Origin: Spirochaetia bacterium
GTDB taxonomy: Bacteria > Spirochaetota > Spirochaetia > UBA9216
DNA length: 64,000 nt
Reading direction: 5' to 3'
Assembly: GCA_965140585.1 (NCBI GenBank)
Contig: OZ223270.1
Span: 64,001-128,000 of the forward strand
Under the pieces are notes generated by a model. It was not told the DNA's origin, did no database searches, and saw only the letters and a list, made by a program, of their open reading frames with translations. The position numbers and the translations under genes were made by a program. Positions 28,158 to 38,619 of this stretch are shown here, one piece after another. The stretch's first letter is position 1. Every line of letters starts with the position of its first letter.

Positions 28158-29482
28158 ATATGGGAAGGAATAAACAGCACCTCTCCCTTGATGTCTATAT
28201 GAATAACGAAATAGTCGGCACTTGGACAGATTCACCTGTGAGTAAATTCTGTTATTCTGATTCATGGCTCCTGTCACCTAACTCAAGACCTTTGTCGCTC
28301 TCACTTCCACTCACCGCGTCAGACTATGAGTTTAAAGGACCGATTGTTGAATCGTTTTTTGACAATCTGCTTCCTGATTCGATGGAAATACGGAAACGGA
28401 TGCAGATCAGGCTTGGATTAAAAACAACTGACGGATTTGATATTCTTGAAAAAGTCGGAAAAGACTGTATAGGAGCCATACAACTATCCTCTAAAGACAG
28501 ACCACCTGTTAATTCTGGAATGATAAAGGGGAAGATCCTCTCAGATAAAGAAATAGAAGGTATTTTAAAATCCCGCGAAATATCGTCATATCAGAATACC
28601 GATGAGCAGTTTTTCAGGATTTCGCTGGCAGGAGCGCAGGAAAAAACAGCTTTCCTCTTTCATAATGGACGATGGATGCTTCCTGATGGAACAACTCCAA
28701 CAACCCACATCTTCAAGCTTCCTCTCGGCATTATCGGCCAGGATAATGTCGACCTTTCAAATTCTGTTGAGAATGAATGGCTGTGCATGAGGCTCCTGAG
28801 GAATTTCAAAATGCCTGTACCCGATTGTGAAATTCTTAATTTTGGAACCGAAAAGGCGCTTAGTATAAAGAGGTTTGATCGCAGGTTTAATAGCGACAAA
28901 ACCGTACTGCTGAGGCTCCCGCAGGAGGATATCTGCCAGTCTACAGGAACCTCCGGAGGTTATAAGTATGAAAGCGATGGCGGCCCTGGTATCAAAGAAA
29001 TACTTTCAATCCTGAATGGTTCATCAAATCCGGCTGAAGACCGGGAACGGTTCTTTAAAGCTCAGATTTTATACTGGCTTCTTGCGGCTCCGGATGGGCA
29101 TGCAAAGAATTTCAGTATTTTCATACATCCGCAGGGTCGATTCAGCCTCACACCTTTCTACGATGTAATCTCAGTTTATCCGGCAATTGGAAACAACAGA
29201 GGCAATATTCATCCCGGGAAAATCAGAATGGCCATGGCTGTGCATGGCGGCAAGGGCAAGAAATACCATTGGAATAAAATATTCAGACGCCACTGGATTG
29301 AGACGGCAAAGCTCACCGGTTTCCCGGTTCATTCAGCCGAAAAACTAATTGATGATATTATAAACAAAGTCCCGGTTGTAATTAAGGAAACATCAGAAAA
29401 TCTGCCTCCAAAATTTCCGGATAATATAAGCAGAAGCATTTTTGATGGAATTCAGAAGAATGTCGATCGGTTAAAAAAATAG
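28151..29482 (+). CDS. hipA: HipA serine/threonine kinase toxin
   Basis: LSLSLP, FFDNLLPD, G.DC.GAIQL, ISLAGAQEK, PTTHI.K, RFDR, QED, DGHAKNFS, PFYD. Confidence 0.95.
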   Translation: MVDMGRNKQHLSLDVYMNNEIVGTWTDSPVSKFCYSDSWLLSPNSRPLSLSLPLTASDYEFKGPIVESFFDNLLPDSMEIRKRMQIRLGLKTTDGFDILEKVGKDCIGAIQLSSKDRPPVNSGMIKGKILSDKEIEGILKSREISSYQNTDEQFFRISLAGAQEKTAFLFHNGRWMLPDGTTPTTHIFKLPLGIIGQDNVDLSNSVENEWLCMRLLRNFKMPVPDCEILNFGTEKALSIKRFDRRFNSDKTVLLRLPQEDICQSTGTSGGYKYESDGGPGIKEILSILNGSSNPAEDRERFFKAQILYWLLAAPDGHAKNFSIFIHPQGRFSLTPFYDVISVYPAIGNNRGNIHPGKIRMAMAVHGGKGKKYHWNKIFRRHWIETAKLTGFPVHSAEKLIDDIINKVPVVIKETSENLPPKFPDNISRSIFDGIQKNVDRLKK

Positions 29483-29530
29483 GCAGCCTCAAATGAAGCT
29501 GCCTTGTGATATTCAAATAAGAGTTTCAGC

Positions 29531-31402
29531 CTATACAGCCTTACCCATTACCCTGTTAAGTCTTTTTACAAATTCAGCAGGTTCCTTGAGTTCGGTACCC
29601 TCAACAAGCATCGCCTGTTCCAGAAGAAGGAAGCAGATATCGTTAAACATATCCTTGTCAGCAAGATCTTTTAGTTTTGTAACAATCTCGTGATCAGGGT
29701 TAACTTCAAGGATGGGAACAATATCCGGCATATCGGTCTGACCCATTGCACGCATCATCTGCTGCATCTGCATTGTCGGATCATTCTCATCGGCAACAAT
29801 ACAGGAAGGAGAATCTGAAAGCCTTGTTGATGCAACGACATCTTTAACCTTGTCGCCCAGAGCCTTCTTAATCTTCTTGATTACCGGTTCAAGATCCTTT
29901 TCTTTTTCTTTGTCCTCTTCAGTCTTGAGATCATCTGCAGCGCCGCTCTTGTTTACAGCCTTGAGCTCAATCTCGCTGTAATTAAAAATTGAAGGAGTAA
30001 CAATTTCATCGATCTCATCATCCATGATGAGAACTTCAATACCCTTCTTTTTATATGCTTCGAGAAGCGGAGAGTTTCGGAGTGTTGCCTCATTACCACC
30101 GGTGATGTAATAGATCGATTTCTGATCTTCCTTCATCCGTTCCTTGTACTGCGCAAAGCTTACCCAGCCCTCTTCCTCAGTTGATTTGTATCGAACGAGC
30201 TCCAGAATGGTTTCACGGTTTGCATAATCCGAATAAAGGCCTTCCTTAAGCGGTCTGTTGTACTGTTCAATGAAATCCTTGTATTTTTCAGGATTGTTTT
30301 CTGCAAGTTTCTTGAACTCACCCAGAACCTTTTTGACAGATGAGCTTCTGATAGATTCCAGAACCCTGTTCTGCTGAAGTATTTCACGGCTTACATTAAG
30401 CGGAAGATCCTCTGAGTCGATTACACCGCGCAGGAAGCGCAGATAAACAGGCATCAGTTCCTTCTCATCATCGGTAATAAATACACGTTTAATGTAGAGC
30501 TTTACCCCCGGCTTGTAGTCAGCCTGGTAGAGGTCAAAGGGGGCCTTTGAAGGAATGTAGAAAAGGGTTGTGTATTCCTGGGTTCCTTCGGCTTTTGTAT
30601 GAATATGGAGCATAGGGTCTTCATTGTCATGCCCGATTGTCTTGTAAAATTCATTATAGTCTTCGTCTGTAAGCTCGGACTTCGATTTTTTCCACATTGC
30701 AGAGGCGCTGTTGATCTGCTCAATTTTATGTTCTTTGAGCTCTTTTCGGTCATCGCCCTCGCCTTCCCACTTTGACTCATCGTATTCAAGAAAGATCGGG
30801 AATGCTATGTGGTTTGAATATTTCTTAACAAGCTGTTCAATCTGCCATCTATTGGCATACTCAGCTCCGCTTTCATTAAGGTGAAGGATAACAGTTGACC
30901 CCTGAGTTTCGCGTTCAGCCTCAGTAACCGTGTAATCGGTCTTCCCGTCGCTTTCCCATTTCCAGGCCTGCTCATCGCCCGCCTTCTTCGCAATCACTTC
31001 AACCTTGTCTGCAATCATGAAGCAAGAGTAGAAACCTACACCGAACTGTCCGATAAGGTTGGATTCCTTCTTTGCGTCGCCTGTAAGCTGACTGAGGAAG
31101 TTTTTAGTTCCCGATCTGGCAATAGTACCAAGATTAGCCTCGAGGTCCTCGGCATTCATACCGATTCCGGTATCCGCTACTGTGAAAGTCTTTGCATCCG
31201 AATCAAAACTGATATCTATGCGGGGCTCAAAATTAAGTGTCTTGAGACTGTCATCCGTAAGGGTCAAGTATTTAAGCTTATCAAGTGCGTCGGATGAATT
31301 GGAAACGAGCTCACGAAGGAAGATCTCCTTGTGGGAATACAGCGAATGGGTGATAAGATCCAGAAGCTGCGAAATTTCGGTTTTAAATTTCTTCTTTGAC
31401 AT
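29531..31402 (-). CDS. htpG: Chaperone HtpG (Hsp90)
   Basis: YSHKEIFLRELVSN, NLGTIARSGT, IGQFGVGFYS, DSEDLPLNVSREILQ. Confidence 0.98.
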   Translation of the reverse strand: MSKKKFKTEISQLLDLITHSLYSHKEIFLRELVSNSSDALDKLKYLTLTDDSLKTLNFEPRIDISFDSDAKTFTVADTGIGMNAEDLEANLGTIARSGTKNFLSQLTGDAKKESNLIGQFGVGFYSCFMIADKVEVIAKKAGDEQAWKWESDGKTDYTVTEAERETQGSTVILHLNESGAEYANRWQIEQLVKKYSNHIAFPIFLEYDESKWEGEGDDRKELKEHKIEQINSASAMWKKSKSELTDEDYNEFYKTIGHDNEDPMLHIHTKAEGTQEYTTLFYIPSKAPFDLYQADYKPGVKLYIKRVFITDDEKELMPVYLRFLRGVIDSEDLPLNVSREILQQNRVLESIRSSSVKKVLGEFKKLAENNPEKYKDFIEQYNRPLKEGLYSDYANRETILELVRYKSTEEEGWVSFAQYKERMKEDQKSIYYITGGNEATLRNSPLLEAYKKKGIEVLIMDDEIDEIVTPSIFNYSEIELKAVNKSGAADDLKTEEDKEKEKDLEPVIKKIKKALGDKVKDVVASTRLSDSPSCIVADENDPTMQMQQMMRAMGQTDMPDIVPILEVNPDHEIVTKLKDLADKDMFNDICFLLLEQAMLVEGTELKEPAEFVKRLNRVMGKAV

Positions 31403-31519
31403 CAGTAAATTCTCTCCTAATTAACTATCTAAAGCGGGATATTCCCATTAATTATTTGTTTGGAGAAAATATAATAATTTTTTCTGCTGTCGGCAAACAG
31501 GAGTTTAAAAATTTAAGAA

Positions 31520-32476
31520 TTATTCAACGCCGCGCCATCTGTTCCGGTAGTAGTTAAGCAGAGGGATGAACTCATCTGTTGATTTCTGGTTTCCATCACT
31601 ATTGGGGTGATTATCATAATCATGATAAGGCGAGGTGCCGTCATAATCGGATGCGTATTCATAAATTATACTTCCGTTTTCAATAGTGTGATGTGAGTTT
31701 TCTTCTGAAAGAACACAATAGAAATCAAAAACGCCTACATTATTACCTGTATAATCCTTCAGCCAGCCGTTTTCTTCATCCACAAGCCATTCACAAAGCT
31801 CCCTGGTCAGCAAATAACTGGATACCACGGTTTCACCCGGAGGGGTAACTAAAATGAATAATTTATCCTGATGAAGAACAAAGTAATCAAGCAGCTGGAT
31901 ATAAATTGCCTTCTCATCATCGATAGACAAGCCGACTTCACTGCATGGATAGCAGGATTTAAACATTATGATATCATTTTCTCCGCCTGGATTGGATAAT
32001 ACGGTATATGAAGCATTCTGGTTATCAGTTTCATACAGGGAGCTCATGATATTGCCGCTTCTTGTCTCACCATTTGACTGAACGGTTGAATCACAAAACC
32101 AGGTAAGCCAGTCGTCAGTATCAGTGGAACTTCCAATATCTGTATTCAATACAGCATCCCATCCGTAGTATGTGTCTCTGACATAATAGTTATTTGCAGC
32201 AAGTGAATCACCCAGATTACCGTTACCTGTACCAAGCCAGTTATTACCGCAGGAGTGGTGAACAAATATCAGTTGTTCGATTGAATCCGGAGCGGTGATG
32301 TTGATTACAGCTTCAGAATCAGGATTATCATTTGCCGGTTCAGAGTTATCATCGGGACTGTCTGAAATATCTTCTTCCCCGTCTGCTGAACCGGGTAATT
32401 GAAAATTATCACAGGAATGGATAGCCATCCCAAAAACCAGAATAATAAAAATTGAAACCGATAATATTTTTTTCAT
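31520..32476 (-). CDS. Hypothetical lipoprotein (SGNH-like fold possible)
   Basis: MKKILS...IHSC lipobox, acidic linker, FVHHSCG, IIMFKSCYP, D.HPN..GN. Confidence 0.65.
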   Translation of the reverse strand: MKKILSVSIFIILVFGMAIHSCDNFQLPGSADGEEDISDSPDDNSEPANDNPDSEAVINITAPDSIEQLIFVHHSCGNNWLGTGNGNLGDSLAANNYYVRDTYYGWDAVLNTDIGSSTDTDDWLTWFCDSTVQSNGETRSGNIMSSLYETDNQNASYTVLSNPGGENDIIMFKSCYPCSEVGLSIDDEKAIYIQLLDYFVLHQDKLFILVTPPGETVVSSYLLTRELCEWLVDEENGWLKDYTGNNVGVFDFYCVLSEENSHHTIENGSIIYEYASDYDGTSPYHDYDNHPNSDGNQKSTDEFIPLLNYYRNRWRGVE

Positions 32477-32516
32477 ATCATGTAGAAGATACATCATCTA
32501 CAGGTTTTTTCAGTTT

Positions 32517-33173
32517 TCAGAGCTTTATCTGTCCAATCACCCCGGCCAGGGCGGCCCCCAAAGCGGCATGACTCCCCTCAGTAAGATGAACCCCATCCAG
32601 CCCGCTGACCTCCGCACAGACTGATGCGTCAAAAAAGCCGCATGATAAATCATCGGCTATCATCCGGTATTCCACAGACAGGCCTTTCGAAACCTCAGTC
32701 GGATTATGTCCTAATATAGAAGCGAAACTCCTTATATCAAAGGGAGGATTGTCCGATTCCACCTCTTTTACAGGGGCAGGACTGACAATTAGCACAGCGG
32801 GGGCTTCATCGTTTCTTCCGCAGCCTGAAGATTGTATGGTTTCTACAAGAAACCTTAAGCCCCAGCCGATTGCCATAGGAGTGTTTCCAAGGAAGTTTTT
32901 TGAATCATTGGTTCCCAGCATCAGAACAAGCAGATCAATCGGCTTATGCGTAAGCAGTACCGGTATCAGATGCTCTATCCCTTTTCTATACGCGCTGAAC
33001 GGATCTTCCCAGACGGTTGTTCTGCCGTTTAAGCCCTCAGGTATTACAATGTACCCGGAACCAAGCTCCTTCTGTAGTACAGAAGTCCATCTTATTTCAT
33101 GGGGGTATCTTTCCCCGCTTTCGGGGTTATAACCCCAGGTATTTGAATCACCGAAACAAACAATATTCTTCAT
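32517..33173 (-). CDS. SGNH/GDSL hydrolase (arylesterase-like)
   Basis: FGDSNTWG, GLNGRT, LGTND, DGVH. Confidence 0.93.
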   Translation of the reverse strand: MKNIVCFGDSNTWGYNPESGERYPHEIRWTSVLQKELGSGYIVIPEGLNGRTTVWEDPFSAYRKGIEHLIPVLLTHKPIDLLVLMLGTNDSKNFLGNTPMAIGWGLRFLVETIQSSGCGRNDEAPAVLIVSPAPVKEVESDNPPFDIRSFASILGHNPTEVSKGLSVEYRMIADDLSCGFFDASVCAEVSGLDGVHLTEGSHAALGAALAGVIGQIKL

Positions 33174-33313
33174 AGTTATATTCTAATACAATTTTTTCAG
33201 TCTATTGATAAATATAAATGTTTTTATTATAGTATTTTAGTAAACGATGGACGATGACCCTTTACCGAGTAAAAACATTATAAAATCCAAACCGCAGCGG
33301 AGCGCCGGCTGAG

Positions 33314-34546
33314 ATGACAGCTGATATTATATATCTGGTTCTCCTGCTCATGCTTTCAGGATGTTTTTCAGCAACAGAAACAGCCTTCACATCCTTGTCT
33401 CCGATACAGCTTCGTGTAATCAGCAAAACAAAGGGGCACAGGGGCAAACTGGTCCGGAAACTCGGAGAAAACCCCGATAAACTGCTTACAACAATACTTC
33501 TTGGAAACAACCTTGTAAATATTGCAGCTTCTGCCATAGCTACCCAGCTGACCATTGATCTATTCGGAAGCAAAATGGTGGGTATAATGACCGGAGTTCT
33601 AACCCTCGTTATCCTCATTTTTGCCGAGCTCACTCCGAAGCGGATAGCAATTGCCCTGAATGATAAAATCAGCCTCATCTCTGCCTGGCCGGTATATCTG
33701 CTTGCACAGGTCCTGACTCCGGTTATTTTTCTTATATCAGCCGCAAGTTCGCTCATCACAAGATTCTTCATCCATAAGCAGACACGAAGAATCTCCTTCG
33801 ATGCACTGCTCCACATGGTCCGCGCTGCCGAGGAAGAAGGCGTGGTTGAAAACTATGAGTCAGAGATGGTTAAAAGCGTTTTCAGACTGAATGATGTGAC
33901 AGTACAGGCCATCATGACCCATAGAACCAATGTTTTCAGTCTCGACTGCAGCAGAACAATTGAAGAGTCAATTGAAGAAATCAGCAGCCGGGGATTCTCA
34001 AGAATTCCTGTTTATGAAAAAGAACCTGAGAATGTAATCGGAATTGTGCTTTCAAATGATGTAAACGCTATGATGATCAAGGGAAACGGAAACCAGCGTT
34101 TGAAAGACATAATGCGTGAGCCTATTTTTATCCCTTCAAACCGAAGGCTTCATGAGCTTTTCAGGCTGTTTAAAAAAGAGACTCTCAATATATCCGTAGT
34201 TCTTGATGAATACGGCGGACTGGCCGGAATAGTAACACGAGAGGATATCATCGAGGAAATTCTCGGTGAGCTTTACGATGAAAACGAGGAACAGGGAATC
34301 GAAAAGATTGTAAAACTCGATGAGCATTCATGGCGGATTATGGGAGATACCTCCCTGCACCAGTTCAGCGATTCATTCGATGTCGATATCCCTGAAACCG
34401 ACTACGCGGAAACCGTAGCCGGCTATATCATTGAAAGGCTTGACCGCATCCCCGATATCGGGGACGAAATCAGCATAGGCGGTTACTCATTCACTATTGA
34501 AACAGTCGACAAGAACCGCATTTTAACTATCCTGCTTAAGAAATAA
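33314..34546 (+). CDS. CNNM/CBS/CorC (TlyC/hemolysin-family) metal transport protein
   Basis: FSATETA, TILLGNN, ELTPK, MT.R, FSRIPVY, DEYGG..GIVT.EDIIEEI.GE..DE. Confidence 0.93.
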   Translation: MTADIIYLVLLLMLSGCFSATETAFTSLSPIQLRVISKTKGHRGKLVRKLGENPDKLLTTILLGNNLVNIAASAIATQLTIDLFGSKMVGIMTGVLTLVILIFAELTPKRIAIALNDKISLISAWPVYLLAQVLTPVIFLISAASSLITRFFIHKQTRRISFDALLHMVRAAEEEGVVENYESEMVKSVFRLNDVTVQAIMTHRTNVFSLDCSRTIEESIEEISSRGFSRIPVYEKEPENVIGIVLSNDVNAMMIKGNGNQRLKDIMREPIFIPSNRRLHELFRLFKKETLNISVVLDEYGGLAGIVTREDIIEEILGELYDENEEQGIEKIVKLDEHSWRIMGDTSLHQFSDSFDVDIPETDYAETVAGYIIERLDRIPDIGDEISIGGYSFTIETVDKNRILTILLKK

Positions 34547-34559
34547 ACATACCGTCAGT

Positions 34560-35693
34560 TTAAACAGCAAGTTCTCCGTCTTTCAGTATCACTTCCTCAG
34601 TTCCATCGGGCATATAAGCGGTTACGGTGGGATCCTTAACAAGACAGTCACAGTGAATCAGAGCGTTGGCATCCTCGTCATAGTTTGAACCGATTGCTAT
34701 GTGGATTGTCCGGTAGGCCTTCTCATCACCCAGCATATTTCCGTCAATTCCGGCAGCAGGGTTCAGCCCGATTCCAAGCTCACCGAGGTTTCTGGCATTC
34801 TTTTTATAGCTTTCACCGGAACCCTTGGGCAGCTTGCCCGCTGCCTCAAACTCGAGGGCGTTATTCTCACCCAGAGTAATGGTTTCAAGAAGTGCCTCAG
34901 CCTCTTTGCCTCCGGTAACTGAGGCCACAAAGCCGTCGGCTATTTCAAGATAAACGGGATCAACAACAATCATATCTCCGTTGTAGACCGAGATACTGCC
35001 GTCAAAAACAAGCTTTCCGCTTGCCGTATTAAGTTCAGGTGAGATAAATGTTTCTCCTGCCGGAAGATTTCCACCTTCGCCTGGGATTGAAAAATCACCG
35101 TTATCAAGCTTTGCTTCCCGGCCCTTAAGCCCAAGCCATAAGTCAGTTCCGCCGGGGCTTTTAATGTGAACCTTATCAGCCTTATCAAGGACAGTCTTCA
35201 CTGCATCGCATTCACGCCTCATCCTCTCATAATCAACAGGAACAGTCTTTACAAAAAGCTCCCTGCTGACACCCGGCGACCAGAAAGCCCTGCACTTGCC
35301 GATTCCCATAATATAGTGAAAAGTGCTGTTGTACGAAGTTCCGTCGGCAGCAACCAGCGGATTGGCTGAAGCTTTGTAGTCTTTACCGATTTTATCGGCA
35401 CTCATCGAGATAACAACATCAGGTTCCGACTCAAGAGCTCCGATTACAGCTTTTTCTGCAAAGGAAAGCTGATTCTTAACTTCCTGAAACATCAGCACAG
35501 GCTTTCCATCAACAGCCAGAGCGGCATCGTACAAGGCATATGAGATTTCAGCTACATCAGCAACAGGATTGGTAACAATCAGAACTGTTTCATCAGCCTT
35601 TACCTTCAAAACATCCCTGATTGCAATCTCTGCGGCTTTATAAAGTTCGGGATCCTTATCCCTCATATCGTAAAAAAATTGTGTGTCTTTCAT
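34560..35693 (-). CDS. Thermophilic metalloprotease/M29-like aminopeptidase
   Basis: GTDL, GNLPAGE.F..P, ELGIGLNP, DEK...HIAIG.N, IH.D. Confidence 0.82.
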   Translation of the reverse strand: MKDTQFFYDMRDKDPELYKAAEIAIRDVLKVKADETVLIVTNPVADVAEISYALYDAALAVDGKPVLMFQEVKNQLSFAEKAVIGALESEPDVVISMSADKIGKDYKASANPLVAADGTSYNSTFHYIMGIGKCRAFWSPGVSRELFVKTVPVDYERMRRECDAVKTVLDKADKVHIKSPGGTDLWLGLKGREAKLDNGDFSIPGEGGNLPAGETFISPELNTASGKLVFDGSISVYNGDMIVVDPVYLEIADGFVASVTGGKEAEALLETITLGENNALEFEAAGKLPKGSGESYKKNARNLGELGIGLNPAAGIDGNMLGDEKAYRTIHIAIGSNYDEDANALIHCDCLVKDPTVTAYMPDGTEEVILKDGELAV

Positions 35694-35724
35694 GGCATAA
35701 GTATATTATCATATCGAACGAAAT

Positions 35725-35862
35725 CCTATAGGGACAAAAGTAATAACCCTAAATTAGGGCTATCACTTTTGTCTTAGAGTTACTATATTTCCAATATTTG
35801 GAAATATAGTAACATCCTTAAATCTAAGGTAAACAACTAAAAACTGCAGTTTTTAGTTGTTT
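35725..35862. repeat. Tandem array of unrelated palindromes
   Basis: 20-bp arms 35733-35773 (2 mismatches), perfect 16-bp arms 35779-35813, short CCTTA/TAAGG 35816-35829, perfect 32-bp palindrome 35831-35862. Confidence 0.9.
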
Positions 35863-35901
35863 GTAATAGCAAAAACGGGGCTAATACGCTAATATTTGCG
35901 C

Positions 35902-36636
35902 ATGAGAGACTTAATTCATACCATTCTGTTCGGGATAGCATTTCTCATTTTCATGATATTCTCGCTTATCCTGTTCATCCCTTTTCTCATTCTCAAAATA
36001 CTGAGACTGGAAAAAGCGATAAACGCCTATGCGCTGTTTGCTACGACAAGCTGGGGAAGGTATTCTTTTTTTATGGCCGGCTGCAAAGTGCATGTCAGCG
36101 GACTTGAAAATCTGCCCGATCACAGGAAGCTGATTTTTATCGGCAACCACCAGGGATTTGCAGACATCCCCTTCCTGATGTCCACCCTGCCCGTTCCTAT
36201 CGGATTTATTGCAAAAAAGCAGATTGGAAGATGGCCTGTTATCGGTCCATGGGCAAAGGCACTGCACTGCATCTTTATCGATCGGCACAACTTCAGAGCC
36301 GCAATGCGTGATATTGAAAAGGGTATCCAGGAAGCCGAACACGGCTACCCCAAGGTAATTTTCCCCGAAGGAACCCGGAGCCGCAGCAGCAAAATGGCAT
36401 CATTCAAACCCGGAAGCATACTGATGGCAGCAAAGGCCGGATTGACCATAGTGCCGGTGACCATTAACGGAACCTACAAAGCATTTGAACAGAAAGGAAG
36501 AGTTGTCCCGAGCGATCTCTACCTCACAATACACAAACCCGTCGAGACAGCATCGATGTCAGAAGACGAAAAAAAAGAACTCAGCACAAGCCTCTGGAAC
36601 ACGATAGCCGGGGCACTGCCTGAAAAAGGAGCTTAA
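35902..36636 (+). CDS. plsC: 1-acyl-sn-glycerol-3-phosphate acyltransferase
   Basis: NHQGFAD, FIAKK, FIDR, IFPEGTRS, IVPV. Confidence 0.92.
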   Translation: MRDLIHTILFGIAFLIFMIFSLILFIPFLILKILRLEKAINAYALFATTSWGRYSFFMAGCKVHVSGLENLPDHRKLIFIGNHQGFADIPFLMSTLPVPIGFIAKKQIGRWPVIGPWAKALHCIFIDRHNFRAAMRDIEKGIQEAEHGYPKVIFPEGTRSRSSKMASFKPGSILMAAKAGLTIVPVTINGTYKAFEQKGRVVPSDLYLTIHKPVETASMSEDEKKELSTSLWNTIAGALPEKGA

Positions 36637-36637
36637 C

Positions 36638-37249
36638 TTGAATCTTGTATGCCTAGACCTTGAAGGTGTCCTCGTACCTGAAATCTGGATAAATTTTGCG
36701 ATAGATACCGGAATTGACGAACTGAAAATGACAACCAGGGATGAACCTGACTATGATGTTCTGATGAAAAAAAGACTGAACATCCTTGATGAACACAAAC
36801 TGAAACTGACTGACATCCAGAGAGTTATAGGAGGGATGGATCCCCTTCCCGGCGCAAAGGACTTTCTTGATGAACTTAGAGCCAAGACTCAGGTTGTAAT
36901 TCTATCTGATACCTTTGAACAGTTTGCTCAGCCGCTCATGAAAAAGCTCGGATGGCCGACAATTTTCTGTAATTCACTCATTGTTGATGCTGATGGAAGG
37001 ATTTCAGACTATACACTCAGGCAGAAAGACGGAAAGCGAAAAGCTGTTGAAGGATTTCATTCAATGGGAATGAAAGTTATTGCATCAGGCGATTCATACA
37101 ACGATCTTTCAATGATAAAAAAAGCGGACGCAGGTGTGCTTTTCTGTCCGCCCGAGAGCATAATCAAGGAAAATCCTGAAGTCCCTGTCGCAACAGACTA
37201 CAAACATCTGATGACTGAAATTGATAAAGCCCTGGCGGAAATTAAATGA
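36638..37249 (+). CDS. thrH: Phosphoserine phosphatase/homoserine phosphotransferase
   Basis: [34 protein letters not shown]. Confidence 0.93.
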   Translation: MNLVCLDLEGVLVPEIWINFAIDTGIDELKMTTRDEPDYDVLMKKRLNILDEHKLKLTDIQRVIGGMDPLPGAKDFLDELRAKTQVVILSDTFEQFAQPLMKKLGWPTIFCNSLIVDADGRISDYTLRQKDGKRKAVEGFHSMGMKVIASGDSYNDLSMIKKADAGVLFCPPESIIKENPEVPVATDYKHLMTEIDKALAEIK

Positions 37250-37809
37250 ATAAAGAAAGAGTAGAACAGCTTATACGTGAGCTGATCATTGAAATAGGAG
37301 AGGATCCGGAACGCGAGGGACTGATAAAAACTCCCGAACGTGCCGCCCGCTCCTGGGAATTCCTGACAAAGGGATACCGCGACGACCTGAACAAGGTTAT
37401 CAACAACGCAATCTTTGAATCAACATCAAACAATATGGTAATTGTGCGCGATATAGAGGTCTACAGTCTCTGTGAACACCATATGCTGCCCTTCTTCGGC
37501 AAGTGTCACATCGGCTACGTAGCAGACAGCGTTGTAATCGGTGTAAGCAAGCTGGCAAGGATAGTAGATCATTTTGCCCGAAGACTGCAGATTCAGGAAA
37601 ACCTGACCGAACAGATTGCGGAAGCCGTTATGGAGGCTGTATCACCCGAGGGCGTCGGCGTCGTTATGGAATGCCAGCACATGTGTATGATGATGCGCGG
37701 AGTCGAAAAACAGAACTCGGTTATGACCACATCATCAGTACTCGGCTCATTCCGCAAGAGTGAGGCTACAAGGGCGGAGTTTCTTAACCTGATACCTGTA
37801 AGAAAATGA
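37246..37809 (+). CDS. folE: GTP cyclohydrolase I
   Basis: [39 protein letters not shown]. Confidence 0.96.
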   Translation: MNKERVEQLIRELIIEIGEDPEREGLIKTPERAARSWEFLTKGYRDDLNKVINNAIFESTSNNMVIVRDIEVYSLCEHHMLPFFGKCHIGYVADSVVIGVSKLARIVDHFARRLQIQENLTEQIAEAVMEAVSPEGVGVVMECQHMCMMMRGVEKQNSVMTTSSVLGSFRKSEATRAEFLNLIPVRK

Positions 37810-37812
37810 AAT

Positions 37813-37854
37813 AACATGTAAAAGCCGGTTTGCAGCTTTTACATGTTGATTTTT
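37813..37854 (+). terminator. Hairpin/terminator after folE
   Basis: AACATGTAAAAGC...GCTTTTACATGTT then GATTTTT; a second hairpin lies at 37927-37954. Confidence 0.6.
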
Positions 37855-37972
37855 AAGTGATTTTTATTATCAAAATCTGATTCTCTTTGGACTCCATCCA
37901 TAAAATTACTTCACCACACACAATACAAATAAAAAGCTACTGAGCTTTTTATTTTATCCGAAATTAATATAG

Positions 37973-38614
37973 ATGAATCTTTTTAAATCTATAGTAAAAA
38001 CCGAGTATCTGATAATCATCGTCCTCCCGTTTTTATTTCTAGCATGCATGACAACAAAATCACCTGTGCTGGAAGGAAGCTCTGCCCCCTATTATGATGA
38101 TCTTTTTGAGGCGATCAGGCCGGTATTCAGCATTCCAGAGGAAGATATAGCTGCCGGTAACGGAATTGAGGCTGTCTGGGTCAATAAAACAAGAGAAGAC
38201 GAATTCTTTGTTTTCGAGGTAACGGTAGTCTTCAGCGATGAAGATCATCCTTCCAGCCTGACCGACGAGTTTTATGATTTTTACCGAAGCATCAAATATC
38301 ACAGGATTCATGACGTTGAAACATTCAGGATGTATTTTGATATCAACAACATCGTACTGTCTGAAATTGATTTTACAGATGTTTACAGCGGCGGACAGAC
38401 ATTTAAACAGAAAAAGGTGCAGCACTTCTCAGAGACAGTGCCGGCAGCAGCTTTTGAATATACAAACACAGGGGCGCACCCGGTAATATACATCAACACA
38501 TGGAACCACATGTTTGGTGAAAAGCGGAACAACCCGGAACTCAAAGAAAGGCTCATTGCTGATTACCTGCTGCTGTCCGGAACACGTGCTGAAGTCGAAC
38601 AGCTTTTCAGGTAA
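37973..38614 (+). CDS. Hypothetical lipoprotein
   Basis: Hydrophobic N-terminus ending FLAC; 5 bp upstream of the PPTase gene. Confidence 0.6.
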   Translation: MNLFKSIVKTEYLIIIVLPFLFLACMTTKSPVLEGSSAPYYDDLFEAIRPVFSIPEEDIAAGNGIEAVWVNKTREDEFFVFEVTVVFSDEDHPSSLTDEFYDFYRSIKYHRIHDVETFRMYFDINNIVLSEIDFTDVYSGGQTFKQKKVQHFSETVPAAAFEYTNTGAHPVIYINTWNHMFGEKRNNPELKERLIADYLLLSGTRAEVEQLFR

Positions 38615-38619
38615 AGCTC

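Noticed and set aside
27909-29482. hipBA as part of a prophage or defence island
   Set aside because: Flanked directly by housekeeping genes (thioesterase, htpG), with no integrase, att repeats or other defence genes
31403-31519. CIRCE element upstream of htpG
   Set aside because: No TTAGCACTC-N9-GAGTGCTAA match
35725-35862. CRISPR array or integron attC interpretation of the palindrome cluster
   Set aside because: The palindromes are not repeats of one another, there are no spacers or cassette ORFs between them, and there is no cas or integrase gene in the window
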